Assembly: GCA_018824365.1 (NCBI GenBank)
Contig: JAHJGQ010000081.1
Span: 1-38,754, forward strand
Source of the DNA: Nanobdellota archaeon
GTDB lineage: Archaea > Nanobdellota > Nanobdellia > Woesearchaeales > GW2011-AR9
Reading direction: 5' to 3'
DNA length: 38,754 nucleotides
Notes under the pieces: model-generated
Told to the model about the DNA's origin: nothing
The model's input: only the letters and a program-made list of their open reading frames with translations
Database searches by the model: none
In this document: positions 26,942-37,271 of the stretch, one piece after another
How positions within the stretch are numbered: position 1 is the first letter of the stretch
Layout: each line of letters starts with the position of its first letter
Made by a program: the position numbers and the translations under genes

Positions 26942-27634
26942 ATGAGTATAGATCATATTGGTATTATTCTTGATGGTAATAGGAGGTTTGCTAAACGTCT
27001 GATGATGCAGCCTTGGAAAGGCCATGAATATGGTATAAATAAAGTTGAAAAGCTGTTCAACTGGGGTAAAGAACTGGGAATTAAAGAATTAACTTTATAC
27101 GTTTTCTCTATGCAGAATTTCAACCGTCCGCAAAAAGAATTTGATTATCTGATGAAATTATTCTTAGAATTCTTTAGTAATGAAATGATCAAAGAAAAAA
27201 TTTATGAAAATAAAATTAAAATAAGATTTATCGGCAGAACCCATCTTTTACCTGAAGAAGTTTATTCAAAAATCATTAAATTAATGGATGAAACAAAAGA
27301 TTATGATGATTATATTATTAACTTTGCCATGGCTTATGGAGGACAAGAAGAAGTTGTTGATGCTGTTAAAATGTTGATTAAAGACATAAAAAAGAATAAG
27401 ATAAATGAAGATATCATCGATGAGGAATTGTTTGAAAATTATCTTTATCTAAAAAGTAAACCTGATCTGATCATCCGTACAGGAGGAGATCATCGAACTT
27501 CTAATTTTTTGATCTGGCAGAGCAATTATTCTGAATGGTTTTTCTTAGATAAATTCTGGCCGGAGTTTGAGAAAGAAGATTTGATGAAAGTTATTGATGA
27601 ATTTAATAATAGGGAGAGAAGGTTTGGTAAGTGA
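26942..27634 (+). CDS. uppS: Polyprenyl diphosphate synthase (cis-prenyltransferase)
   Basis: HIGIILDGNRR, PDLIIRTGG..RTSNFL.WQ and RERRFG. Confidence 0.96.
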   Translation: MSIDHIGIILDGNRRFAKRLMMQPWKGHEYGINKVEKLFNWGKELGIKELTLYVFSMQNFNRPQKEFDYLMKLFLEFFSNEMIKEKIYENKIKIRFIGRTHLLPEEVYSKIIKLMDETKDYDDYIINFAMAYGGQEEVVDAVKMLIKDIKKNKINEDIIDEELFENYLYLKSKPDLIIRTGGDHRTSNFLIWQSNYSEWFFLDKFWPEFEKEDLMKVIDEFNNRERRFGK

Positions 27635-27635
27635 G

Positions 27636-28229
27636 TTATTCAGCATCTTCAAATCTATAAAGAGTCCTATACGTACAAAGATATTCCTTCTTTTGAGGTT
27701 TTTGATTTTTCTTTCTTATTTTTATGTATTGCTCTAATAATTTAATCTGGTTGCAAACATAATTTCTTCCTGTTGTTAGGTTATCTTTATTTATTTCTCC
27801 TTTACATATCTTTTGCATGCCTGAATAATATAAGACTAAATCACGCGAATCATTCTGACGAAATAGTACATCAATAGTGTTTTCATCATTTGGCACAAGA
27901 AGTACCGGTCCATAATCATGCAATAAAAGAGCATTAAAATTCACTTCACCACTAAATCCTAATCTTGATCCTTCGACTTCAAGCGCAGGTAAATCTATCT
28001 TTGTCTGCTGGACTTTGTAATCTCTTCTGTTTTCTTCTAACGAGCTAGTGATGAGGATGTGTGTTACTGGAACCAATTCAATTTTATCATAACTGGCAGT
28101 CATATCTAAGACATCATCAACAGGACTACGACCGATAGTAAAAAGATCTGATATACTAATCCCTAAATCATTTAATTCATAGACTGTTTGTTCATAAATC
28201 ATAATATCTACCTGCTTGGTATAAACCAA
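27636..28229 (-). CDS. Hypothetical protein
   Basis: 197-aa ORF; start codon uncertain. Confidence 0.65.
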   Translation of the reverse strand: MVYTKQVDIMIYEQTVYELNDLGISISDLFTIGRSPVDDVLDMTASYDKIELVPVTHILITSSLEENRRDYKVQQTKIDLPALEVEGSRLGFSGEVNFNALLLHDYGPVLLVPNDENTIDVLFRQNDSRDLVLYYSGMQKICKGEINKDNLTTGRNYVCNQIKLLEQYIKIRKKNQKPQKKEYLCTYRTLYRFEDAE

Positions 28230-28370
28230 TCTATCTCTTTAATTACACCTTTTAATAAACTTTTAATAAACCCAGAAAACCACTTGATTGATGATTTAGC
28301 TATGATTTTTTAAACTTTTCTACACCAAAGCATCAAAATGATTATAAAAAGAGAAATTGGAAAGCAATAA

Positions 28371-30260
28371 ATGTCAAAAATAACTGTTCTTGATGAGGAT
28401 CTTATTAATAAGATTGCTGCTGGTGAGGTGATTGAAAGGCCAGCTTCGGTAGTTAAAGAATTGATAGAAAATTCTTTGGATGCAAACTCAACTAAAATTA
28501 TAATAGAAATAAAAGATTCAGGTAAGAAATTAATCAAAATATCTGATAACGGAGAAGGGATGAGTGAAGATGATGCTAAAAAGTCTATACTAAGGCATGC
28601 TACCAGCAAGATCAGTTCATTAGATGATCTGTTTTCCATTAAAACTTTAGGTTTTAGGGGAGAAGCATTAGCCAGTATTGCTGCGGTTTCTCAGCTTTCT
28701 ATAACAACAAAACAGAAGGAAGGTGTTGGCGGTTTCAATCTTGTTGTGGAAGGAGGAAATGTTGTCAGTTCAGGGATTATAGCTGCAGAACAGGGAACAA
28801 CAATTGAAGTGCATAATCTATTCTTCAACACACCGGTAAGAAAAAAATTCTTGAAGACAGATACCGTTGAGCTGAGACATATTATTGATGTTGTTACACA
28901 GTATGCACTTGCTAATCCAGAAGTTTATTTTAAGCTTATTCACGAAAACCATTCTCTGATCAATTCACCGGCAGTTGAAGATCCGCGTAATAATATTGCT
29001 GCAATATATGGGATAACGATAGCTAAAGATTTGTTAGAAGTAAGATATGGTGGTAATAAAAAATTTAATGAACGGGACAATGAACTAGATAAAGAGCAAG
29101 ATCATGAGCAAGATTATGAATCGAGCAGTATAAATATAACCGGTTTTGTTGCCAAACCCCATCAAGCTAGGAATGATAAAAACCAGCAGGTTATTTTTGT
29201 CAATGGCAGGTGGGTAAAGAATAATGATATCACTAAAGCAGTATATGATGCTTTCCATTCTCTTCTTTTCGTCAATAAACATCCAATATTTGTCTTGAAT
29301 CTTGAATTAGATCCGGAGAAGATTGATGTCAATGTCCATCCTCAAAAGTATGAGATCAAGATTGAACAGAAAGAAAAAGTTATCAAAGCAGTTTTTACTG
29401 CAGTAAAAGAAACTTTAGAGAATAATAATCTTATTCCGATTGTTGACTTTGATTTTGAACAGCAATTAACTTTTGGCACACCTAAGAAAAAAGATGTTCC
29501 TAAACCGGAAGTAAAATATCGGTTTGAAAAAAGTCAACAATCCGTTTTTGCAGTTAGAGAAGAAAGTGAACAGTTAAAGAAAGAAGATGGGCAGTTAAAG
29601 GATGATGAACAATTTCATGAGAAATCATTTGTGTCAGAACAATCTCAAACTGAGGAAATTCCTGAGAGCGTAAAACTTCCGCCAATGAAGATACTTGGCC
29701 AGATACATAAAACTTTTTTCGTTGCAGAAACTCCCGGCGGAGTTTTATTTATTGATCAGCATGTTGTACAAGAAAGAGTTCTCTATGAAAAATTTATGAA
29801 TGAATTGATGGGTAAGAAGGTAAGTACACAGACACTTCTGCAAGAAGAAATCATCGATTTTACTCCAGTGCAGAGAATTGTTGTTGAAGAGAATAAAGAA
29901 ATTTTAGAAAAACTTGGATTTAAGCTGGAACATTTTGGAGAGAACACTTTTGTTCTTAAAACAATCCCTTCACTTTTTGGTCGCTTGCAATCAACTGAAT
30001 TGATTCATGAAATGATTGATTATTTTGATAATGGTAAAAATGAAAGAAAAACTAGGCTTGAAGAGATTCAAGAAGAGATTATTACCCGGATGGCCTGTAG
30101 AGCTTCTGTTAAAGCTGGGGACGATATGACTCTTCCGGAGATTCAGAAACTTTTAGCAGAACTAAGTGATTGTAAGCTTCCTTATACCTGTCCTCATGGA
30201 AGGGCAATCTTGATTAAAGTTGATGTAAATGAACTTGAAAAGAAGTTTAAGCGGAAATAA
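28371..30260 (+). CDS. mutL: DNA mismatch repair endonuclease MutL
   Basis: IAAGEVIERPASVVKELIENSLDA, GFRGEAL, endonuclease motif DQHVVQERVLYE, ACR and CPHGR. Confidence 0.98.
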   Translation: MSKITVLDEDLINKIAAGEVIERPASVVKELIENSLDANSTKIIIEIKDSGKKLIKISDNGEGMSEDDAKKSILRHATSKISSLDDLFSIKTLGFRGEALASIAAVSQLSITTKQKEGVGGFNLVVEGGNVVSSGIIAAEQGTTIEVHNLFFNTPVRKKFLKTDTVELRHIIDVVTQYALANPEVYFKLIHENHSLINSPAVEDPRNNIAAIYGITIAKDLLEVRYGGNKKFNERDNELDKEQDHEQDYESSSINITGFVAKPHQARNDKNQQVIFVNGRWVKNNDITKAVYDAFHSLLFVNKHPIFVLNLELDPEKIDVNVHPQKYEIKIEQKEKVIKAVFTAVKETLENNNLIPIVDFDFEQQLTFGTPKKKDVPKPEVKYRFEKSQQSVFAVREESEQLKKEDGQLKDDEQFHEKSFVSEQSQTEEIPESVKLPPMKILGQIHKTFFVAETPGGVLFIDQHVVQERVLYEKFMNELMGKKVSTQTLLQEEIIDFTPVQRIVVEENKEILEKLGFKLEHFGENTFVLKTIPSLFGRLQSTELIHEMIDYFDNGKNERKTRLEEIQEEIITRMACRASVKAGDDMTLPEIQKLLAELSDCKLPYTCPHGRAILIKVDVNELEKKFKRK

Positions 30261-30442
30261 GATTTCTTTGAGATTTAATCTTTAAAAGATCAGTCATGGA
30301 AGCATAATAAGAATCTTAAAAAAAGTTTATTAAAAAAACATATTCATTTAAAATTTAATCGATTAACAAACCTAATATATTCAACTAATATATTCAAAAA
30401 TTAACAAATTTAATAAGGGGGTGCTTAATATAAGTACAAAAG

Positions 30443-31384
30443 ATGGGTATCGAAAATATTTTGGCTTTTTTAAAGGATAGTGCTAAGAACATAATTATTG
30501 TAGCTGTAGTGCTTATTATAACAACAATATCTCAAAAAATCATAAAATATCTGATAGTTAGGGCATTCAGAAAATCTTCCAGAATTCTTAAAGTTGATGA
30601 GACTAACTACAAATTTTTTCAACATGTAGTTTCAGCGATAATATATCTTGTTGGGATTGGTGTGGCTATATATGTGATCCCTTCATTAAGAACTTTATCC
30701 GTCTCGCTTTTTGCAGGAGCCGGTATTCTGGCAGTAGTTATCGGTTTTGCTTCTCAGCAGGCTTTGAGTAATGTGATCAGTGGAATGCTTATTACAATCT
30801 ATAAGCCGTTTAGGGTTGGTGACAGGATAAAGATTGGAACTGATGAAAGTATGCTTGGAATTGTAGAAGATATAAATTTACGACATACAACAATTAAGAC
30901 ATTCGAAAATAGGAGAATAATTGTGCCTAACTCGATTATAAGTACTGAGAAGATTGAGAATTCTAATATGGGAGATGAAAAAATACGTAAATATATTGAT
31001 TTTAGTATTAGTTATGATTCAAATATAAATTTGGCAATGAAAATTATGCGTGAAGAAACGCTTAATCATTCTTTTTTAATAGATAATAGAACTGAAGAAG
31101 AGAAGAAAAAAAACGAGCCCATCGTTCCGGTAAGATTAATTGGATTTGCTGATTCATCTGTAAACCTAAGAGCGTGGGTTTGGACAAAAGATTCTGCATC
31201 TTCTTTCATCTTAGGCTGCGATCTTAGAAAAAGTATTAAAGAAAGATTTGATAAAGAAGGAATCGAAATTCCTTTTCCATACAGAACAATTGTTTATAAG
31301 AATGATTTAGATAAAGCTGGAAAAAAAGTAAAAGAAAGAAATAAAGTAAAAGAACTAAAAGAATCAATTCAGTTAGGCAAATGA
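30443..31384 (+). CDS. mscS: Small-conductance mechanosensitive channel
   Basis: GFASQQALSNVISG, PFRVGDRI and GIEIPFP; three TM segments. Confidence 0.94.
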   Translation: MGIENILAFLKDSAKNIIIVAVVLIITTISQKIIKYLIVRAFRKSSRILKVDETNYKFFQHVVSAIIYLVGIGVAIYVIPSLRTLSVSLFAGAGILAVVIGFASQQALSNVISGMLITIYKPFRVGDRIKIGTDESMLGIVEDINLRHTTIKTFENRRIIVPNSIISTEKIENSNMGDEKIRKYIDFSISYDSNINLAMKIMREETLNHSFLIDNRTEEEKKKNEPIVPVRLIGFADSSVNLRAWVWTKDSASSFILGCDLRKSIKERFDKEGIEIPFPYRTIVYKNDLDKAGKKVKERNKVKELKESIQLGK

Positions 31385-31674
31385 GAAAAGTAAATGAGTT
31401 AAGTAGATTAAGTATAATTTAACTTTTAATGATATTTCTTTTTTCTAAGAGCAAGGGCATTATAATAATCATTATAATTACTAAACAACTTTAATATAAC
31501 TACTAATATGACTACTAATTAGTGATGCAACTGACAACTAATAAATTAATCTGGCTCTTACAGTAACAATAAATTTTAAAATGATGAGATTCACCATTGT
31601 ATTGGGGATGGTGGCTTATTAAGGCTTTACTAGTAAAGCTTTATGTTTTTAAGCATTAAGTATGGTTTTTTAAG

Positions 31675-32541
31675 ATGGAAAATATAAAAATTACGCTGGA
31701 AACATTGTACGATATTCTTCGTAATGAGAAGAAAAAAGAAGATTTACAAAAGCTAGAAGACTCTTTTTTTATCGATGTTATAGGCTATCTTAGAGAAAAA
31801 AGATTTTTACTGGAACAAAAAAATGAAGAAGAAGAACTCTTTGCTGCCGGCGAAAGAGAAAAGGTTGAATATGAATTAAGAAGCATTAAGCGTATTCTTA
31901 AAGAGATCTATGAAAAAAGGGAGAAAAAGATAATTGATATTGCTTTGAATAAAAGCAGAACTGGTTCTGATATAATTGATACCAGTGCAATGTTAAGGGA
32001 AGAAAAAGAATTCTATAAAAATTTCTTAAAAACATTAGACTTTTATCGTAGAGGTGTTCTTTTAAATCTGTTTAAGGGAGAATTGCCAGATATCTCTGAA
32101 GGAGAGGTTAAAAGGGCCAATGTAGAGATAAGAGACAGGAAAAAGTATGATTATCATATCGGTTCTCAAATTAGCTCTCAAGCAGATGAAAAAGTAAATT
32201 CATTCAGTAAGTTTGAAGGTGCTCCACCGATGGCAGCGGATGATTTGGATGAAGATATGGAAGATGATGTGAAAGAAGATATTCTTGTGAAAGATCTTTC
32301 TGAAAAAAAAGAAAAATCTCTCGATAATGAAGAAAATGATGAGAAAAGATTAGCTGAGAAAAAGGATGAAGAATCAAAACCTAAATTAAAATTGAAAAAA
32401 ATACGTTTTGTTCATCCCATGCCCAGCTTTGTCTGGAAAAATATGAAAGTTTATGGCCCTTACGATGAAGGTGACGAAATAGACATCTTTCCCGAAGTAG
32501 CTGAGTTACTTATTAAAAAAGGTAGAGCCGAGATATTATGA
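31675..32541 (+). CDS. GINS complex protein (Gins51-like) with long acidic linker
   Basis: N-terminal A domain (E....LQKL...F, IYEKREKKII..AL) and C-terminal B domain (RFVHPMPSFV....YGPY.EGD......AELLIKKGRAE). Confidence 0.85.
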   Translation: MENIKITLETLYDILRNEKKKEDLQKLEDSFFIDVIGYLREKRFLLEQKNEEEELFAAGEREKVEYELRSIKRILKEIYEKREKKIIDIALNKSRTGSDIIDTSAMLREEKEFYKNFLKTLDFYRRGVLLNLFKGELPDISEGEVKRANVEIRDRKKYDYHIGSQISSQADEKVNSFSKFEGAPPMAADDLDEDMEDDVKEDILVKDLSEKKEKSLDNEENDEKRLAEKKDEESKPKLKLKKIRFVHPMPSFVWKNMKVYGPYDEGDEIDIFPEVAELLIKKGRAEIL

Positions 32542-32596
32542 ACTAAAGTATAAAAGAAAAAAAATATAAAATCAACCTATAATTTATTGAATAAAT

Positions 32597-33274
32597 ATGA
32601 TTAAAAAAATTCTTACGGCAGATAATACTGAAACTTTTCTTAATGAAGAAGTCGGAGAATCTTATCACTCACAAACTGGAGCAGTTGAAGAAGCCCTTAA
32701 GAAGTATGCAATTCCCTGTAAGATCAAAGAATTGGCTAAGACCGGAAATATAAAAATACTAGATGTTTGTTCAGGTTTGGGTTATAATTCTGCAATGGCT
32801 ATTGATGTTGCTCTAGAAGAAAATCTTAATTGTGAGATAGAAGTTGTTGCTTTGGAGTTTGATCCAGTTATTGTTAAGAAAGTTTTAGAAGTTAATCCTC
32901 CGATAAAAAGTATTGAGCTGTATAAAGAAATGGTAAAAGATAATGATCTTAAAAGTCGTAAAATAAATTTTAATAAGAACAACATAAAAATTAATTTAAT
33001 AATTGGTGATGCCCGGGAAACTTGTAAAGAACTTCCTGACAATTATTTTGATGCAATATTCTTTGATCCATTTTCTCCAAAAACTTCTCCTGAGATGTGG
33101 CAGGTTCCCTTCTTTTCAGAGATGTCAAGAGTTATGAAAAATTCTGCAATCTTAGCTACTTTTAGTTGTGCACGAATAGTAAGAGAAAATATCAGCAAAG
33201 CAGGATTATTTTATGATGACGGCCCTATTATTGGAAGAAGAGGCCCAGGTACGGTTGCTACTAAATGGGTTTAA
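32597..33274 (+). CDS. mnmD: MnmC/MnmD-like SAM-dependent tRNA methyltransferase
   Basis: TAD.T.T......ESYHS..GA.EEA, DVCSGLGYN and FFDPFSP...PEMW. Confidence 0.85.
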   Translation: MIKKILTADNTETFLNEEVGESYHSQTGAVEEALKKYAIPCKIKELAKTGNIKILDVCSGLGYNSAMAIDVALEENLNCEIEVVALEFDPVIVKKVLEVNPPIKSIELYKEMVKDNDLKSRKINFNKNNIKINLIIGDARETCKELPDNYFDAIFFDPFSPKTSPEMWQVPFFSEMSRVMKNSAILATFSCARIVRENISKAGLFYDDGPIIGRRGPGTVATKWV

Positions 33275-33288
33275 TTGATTGTTTATAA

Positions 33289-33624
33289 TCAATCTTTAAG
33301 AAGTTCATGTATTCTTTCTCTTGTCAAGACACATCCTCTTGCTCCATTACAATCATTTTTACATTCTTGTTCACATTGAGTGTAAATATCATATTTGTGG
33401 TCATCAAATCTTTTCCTGAATAGACCGGATGCAGGAGAACTTATCCAATCATTGAATGCCATTTCAAATCCAACATCATATCCTCTTTGTTCACTTAGAT
33501 ACTATTTATGTTCTTGAATCTCAACTACTTGAAAAGCCAGAGAACGTTTTAAGTATAACCTTCTTGTCATTATATCGTCTTGTTCAGTAATACTTGCTCT
33601 TGTTTCTTTAAAATTATGATTCAT
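33289..33624 (-). pseudogene. DUF4032-like small protein interrupted by an in-frame TAG
   Basis: Reads ...EIQEHK*YLSEQRGYDVGFEMAFNDW...C...C...C....C; the TAG (33504-33502) sits at the W of the recalled HKWYLSE motif. Confidence 0.7.
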
Positions 33625-33694
33625 AGTATTTTCCCTAAGTTAAACGTCTGGTTTGATCTATTCTGATTAACTAAAGGTAAATAAGAATGGGCTT

Positions 33695-34315
33695 TCATTT
33701 TCTTTTGTTTCTTCCCCTATTTCGAACTTCTTCAAACCGTTCAAGAATCTTTTTAAATTCTTCGGGATTTGACTTTTTATAACCTTCAATAGCACTTTTA
33801 AAAATGTCTGGATAAATATCATAATGCGTACTTTCCAAAGCTCTGTCGAGTAAGAATAAATCTACCGCTTTATCTTCAATTTTTTCTGAAAAGAATGATA
33901 ATCCAAAATCAATTATATTTATTTTGCCAGTTTCCTGATGTTGGATCATATTGGAAGTAGTCAAATCTCCATGAATAATATGTTTCTGATGTAATTTTCC
34001 TACTCTTTCTCCTATCTCTTCAGCTAACTGCTGAAATCCTTTTCCTTCTTTGAGAACATCTTTCAATTTTTCTCCAGGTATGAAGTCCATAACTACAGAC
34101 ATTCTTTTATCAGAAAATTCTTTTAATTTAGGTGCAGGAAAATCCATTTCTTCCAGTTTTTGCAATACTTTGGCTTCTCTTCTGGTCCTGAATTTTCTTA
34201 AAGATTCGTCCAGATGAGGAAGACGATACTCTTTACTAAATCTTTCTTTGATGATTTCGTTATTATCTTTGTAAAGGATTGCTTCTGCCCCTTGTGCTAT
34301 TTTTATCATAAACAT
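33695..34315 (-). CDS. bud32: KEOPS kinase Bud32
   Basis: GAEA, RTRREA, HGDLTTSN, IDFGL and EDKAVDL. Confidence 0.95.
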   Translation of the reverse strand: MFMIKIAQGAEAILYKDNNEIIKERFSKEYRLPHLDESLRKFRTRREAKVLQKLEEMDFPAPKLKEFSDKRMSVVMDFIPGEKLKDVLKEGKGFQQLAEEIGERVGKLHQKHIIHGDLTTSNMIQHQETGKINIIDFGLSFFSEKIEDKAVDLFLLDRALESTHYDIYPDIFKSAIEGYKKSNPEEFKKILERFEEVRNRGRNKRK

Positions 34316-34342
34316 TAGAAATAAGATGGTTGTTTAAAAATA

Positions 34343-35305
34343 TTACTCAAAATAAAATTGAGTTGGTTTACTTCTTTCATAACAATCTTGACATTCAGAA
34401 AGATGTTTTTTGGTGATATCTATCAATTCTGGATGCCTTAAATGTTGTTGATTAAGTGCGCTTATTAATCTGAAATCAAAAGTACAGGTTCTTTTTGCTA
34501 TGAGTTTTAAGCTTTTTCTTGTTAAATTGTCCAATGTATTCCCATAAGTATAATCTCTGGGAACAATATAATGTACAAAACCAGCTAAATCTCTCACACA
34601 TCTGTAATAATCTTCTTGGTCGCCTTTCTTGAATACGCCGATGGAAATACCACCTAACTCTTTAATGAAATTTAAAATTCTTTGATCAGATTGACCATCA
34701 CCAAAACCAACAACACAATCATAAAGAATTTCATAATCTTTTAGTCTTCTCCTTTTTTCAACTTTTTCTCCTTTACAAATTTCCTTAAGAGGATCTGTTT
34801 TCTTGTAGGGATCAACAATAGTTTTAACTCTTGTTAGTTTACCATTTTCTTGTTCATATTCTCCAGCTCTAATTGAAGAAAAATGATGAGCAATCTTTAG
34901 CCCTTCAATTAACGGTTTAGTACCGGCACTTATAGCATGAGAACTTAAATCTAAGTCCAAAAATTTTGCATCATCAGTAATAGAGGGAAGCCAGATTTCA
35001 AGCCCCTCAGCAAGTTTAACTTTTGGACCGAATTCTTCCCGCATTTTTTCATTAGTTAGACCTTCGAAGGTTCCATCACGAACATCTATTAATAATTGTT
35101 CCATAGAACCAATTCCAATATCAATGTTGGTATCATCACAAAGGACAGGAAAATACTCTTCTGGTTCAGTAACGATTTTCGGATTATTTTTGCCGTCATA
35201 TTTTTCTCTAATTTTTTCTAAATAAGCTCGAAAAATAGGCATCTGTTGATATTCTTCTGTTAAAGTGAGATCAACATCAAAAATGAGTGCAGCTTTTTTT
35301 CTCAT
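34343..35305 (-). CDS. HAD-superfamily hydrolase
   Basis: FDVDLTL, ISAG and GDGQSD motifs; C-terminal HxxxCxxC. Confidence 0.85.
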   Translation of the reverse strand: MRKKAALIFDVDLTLTEEYQQMPIFRAYLEKIREKYDGKNNPKIVTEPEEYFPVLCDDTNIDIGIGSMEQLLIDVRDGTFEGLTNEKMREEFGPKVKLAEGLEIWLPSITDDAKFLDLDLSSHAISAGTKPLIEGLKIAHHFSSIRAGEYEQENGKLTRVKTIVDPYKKTDPLKEICKGEKVEKRRRLKDYEILYDCVVGFGDGQSDQRILNFIKELGGISIGVFKKGDQEDYYRCVRDLAGFVHYIVPRDYTYGNTLDNLTRKSLKLIAKRTCTFDFRLISALNQQHLRHPELIDITKKHLSECQDCYERSKPTQFYFE

Positions 35306-35368
35306 ACAAATAAAAAATAATAAGAACTTTATTAAGTTTACTCCTCAAAAGTAAAAAAAATAATAAAA

Positions 35369-35695
35369 TCAAACTTTCTCCAAAATAGCATCAATTTTCT
35401 GTTTCAAAGCATCCTTCATGTTAAATCCAACAATCCTGTCAACTTCTTCTCCTTTATTAAAGATGATTAAACAGGGAATTCCCGTAATCATCTGCTCAGA
35501 AGCGATGTTAGGATAGTCTTCAGTAGAAATTTTAACAAATTTTAATCTTCCTTCATAATCTTTACTTACTTCTTCAAAAACAGGTGTAAGCATCCTACAG
35601 GGACCACACCACGTTGCCCAAAAATCCACTATTACGGGAATGTCAGATTCAATAACTTCTTTTTGAAAACTTTCTTCAGTTAATTCAAGTACCAT
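35369..35695 (-). CDS. trxA: Thioredoxin
   Basis: [10 protein letters not shown]. Confidence 0.97.
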   Translation of the reverse strand: MVLELTEESFQKEVIESDIPVIVDFWATWCGPCRMLTPVFEEVSKDYEGRLKFVKISTEDYPNIASEQMITGIPCLIIFNKGEEVDRIVGFNMKDALKQKIDAILEKV

Positions 35696-35859
35696 TTTTA
35701 TAACCTCCTTGTATTTAGATAATTATTAAGATAATTATTCAGATTATTGTTTTGTGAATACAACTCCTATTAAAAAGTATTGTTTATAAACTTGATAACA
35801 CATTTATAAACTTAAAGAAAACCTTTATAAAATCTTTAACCATACTAGAATAAAAAAAA

Positions 35860-37059
35860 GTGGTGATTATGTCAAAAAAGAATCATTTAGTGATGTTGCT
35901 TTATGTTTTAATAATTTTATCTCTCACTTTATCAGTTACTGCTTTAGTAGAAAATTCTAAACAAGTTTCAGTAACAAAAAGCATTTCAGTAACTGCTGAA
36001 AAAGATTGTATCTACTATTTTTATGGACAGGAATGTGATGGTTGCCAACCTTTAGATTCATATTTTATTGGTCTGAAAAAAAAGTTTCCTGAATTAAAGA
36101 TTGAGATTTATGAGGTTTATCATAATGCAGAAAATTTTGCGTTATTACAAAGTCTTTTCAATGCTTATAATGTAGATAAAGATCGTAAATTTGTTCCTGT
36201 AGTATTTACACATAATAGTTATTTTATAGGTGCGCAATCAATAACTTCTTTGTTGGATGACTGGATCAAAGATAATAAAGATCTTTCATGTCCTTCTACC
36301 GAAGGAAATAAAGCCGTTGGAATTGTTGGTAAAGGTTCTCCGTACAATGTTCTTAATATTCTCAATTTTTTTAAAGTTACGGGGGAAGCAATAAGAAATG
36401 TTTTTACTCCGGGCATAATAGCTTTATCTTTGCTATTTTTAGTTGTAATTTCTATTCTGAAAGAAAGAGAAAATTTGCTAAAGGGCGGGGTTGCTTATAT
36501 CGCAGGTGTATATCTTGCTTATCTTTTATTTAGTATGGGTTTATTTACAGTATTATACCAATCAGAGATTTATCATCTATTTTATAGGGGTATTGGTTTA
36601 ATTGCTGTAATTTTTGGTCTGATGGGCGTAAACACTTTCTTTGGATGGAAGAAGTTTCTTAATAATTTACCAAATGATTTGCATAAGCTGTTAAAGAGCA
36701 TTTATAATTTCATTTTTTCATTTTTTGGTGTTTTGGTAATAGGTTTCTTAAGCGGTTTGCTTACTTTTGCAAGTGTTGGAGAAACATTTATCCTAATGAG
36801 AAGCTTATTTGTTGGTGGCTTTAGAAGATGGCAGGTCTTTCCATTGTTACTTTACTATATTTTAATCATCATCTTGATTTTTGTTGTGTTATTATTGCTG
36901 TTCCGTTGGATAAAAAGATTGTTGGAAGAGCATGCAAAAAAGATGAAAGATACTTCTGATAATGATCGAAAGAAATGGGAAAAGCATTATCTCAAAGTAT
37001 TTTATCTTTCAATAAGAATTATTATCCTGATTCTTGGTTTGATTCTGTTGTTTGTTTAG
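35860..37059 (+). CDS. Membrane protein: extracellular thioredoxin-like domain plus CcdA/DsbD-like TM domain
   Basis: Signal peptide, FYGQECDGC, cis-Pro VP, then multiple TM helices. Confidence 0.75.
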   Translation: MVIMSKKNHLVMLLYVLIILSLTLSVTALVENSKQVSVTKSISVTAEKDCIYYFYGQECDGCQPLDSYFIGLKKKFPELKIEIYEVYHNAENFALLQSLFNAYNVDKDRKFVPVVFTHNSYFIGAQSITSLLDDWIKDNKDLSCPSTEGNKAVGIVGKGSPYNVLNILNFFKVTGEAIRNVFTPGIIALSLLFLVVISILKERENLLKGGVAYIAGVYLAYLLFSMGLFTVLYQSEIYHLFYRGIGLIAVIFGLMGVNTFFGWKKFLNNLPNDLHKLLKSIYNFIFSFFGVLVIGFLSGLLTFASVGETFILMRSLFVGGFRRWQVFPLLLYYILIIILIFVVLLLLFRWIKRLLEEHAKKMKDTSDNDRKKWEKHYLKVFYLSIRIIILILGLILLFV

Positions 37060-37109
37060 TTAAAAAAATGAATTTTTATGATTAATATATTTATGATTGA
37101 TAAAATTAA

Positions 37110-37271
37110 GATAATGTCAAGTTATGTAAGTAAGTCGCAAAAGCACTACGCACGGCGCCAGAGATTTTTGTTCAGATAATGTTAATTGAGTTTATTAATT
37201 AGTTGAACCTAACAAAAATGCGCCTCTTTTGGCGGTAGTGCTTTTGCTAACACAGGTAACTTGACTTTATC
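37110..37271. mobile_element. 162-bp MITE, IS256/Mutator-like ends, 9-bp TSD
   Basis: TIR GATAATGTCAAGTTAT / GTAACTTGACTTTATC; flanking direct repeat TAAAATTAA at 37101-37109 and 37272-37280; nested internal inverted repeats. Confidence 0.85.

Noticed and set aside
30372-30397. 13-nt tandem repeat (also an 11-nt one near 28250)
   Set aside because: Only two adjacent AT-rich copies with no spacers; slippage-type, not CRISPR.
31591-31597. C-box-like ATGATGA
   Set aside because: No downstream CTGA D box or terminal stem before the GINS start.
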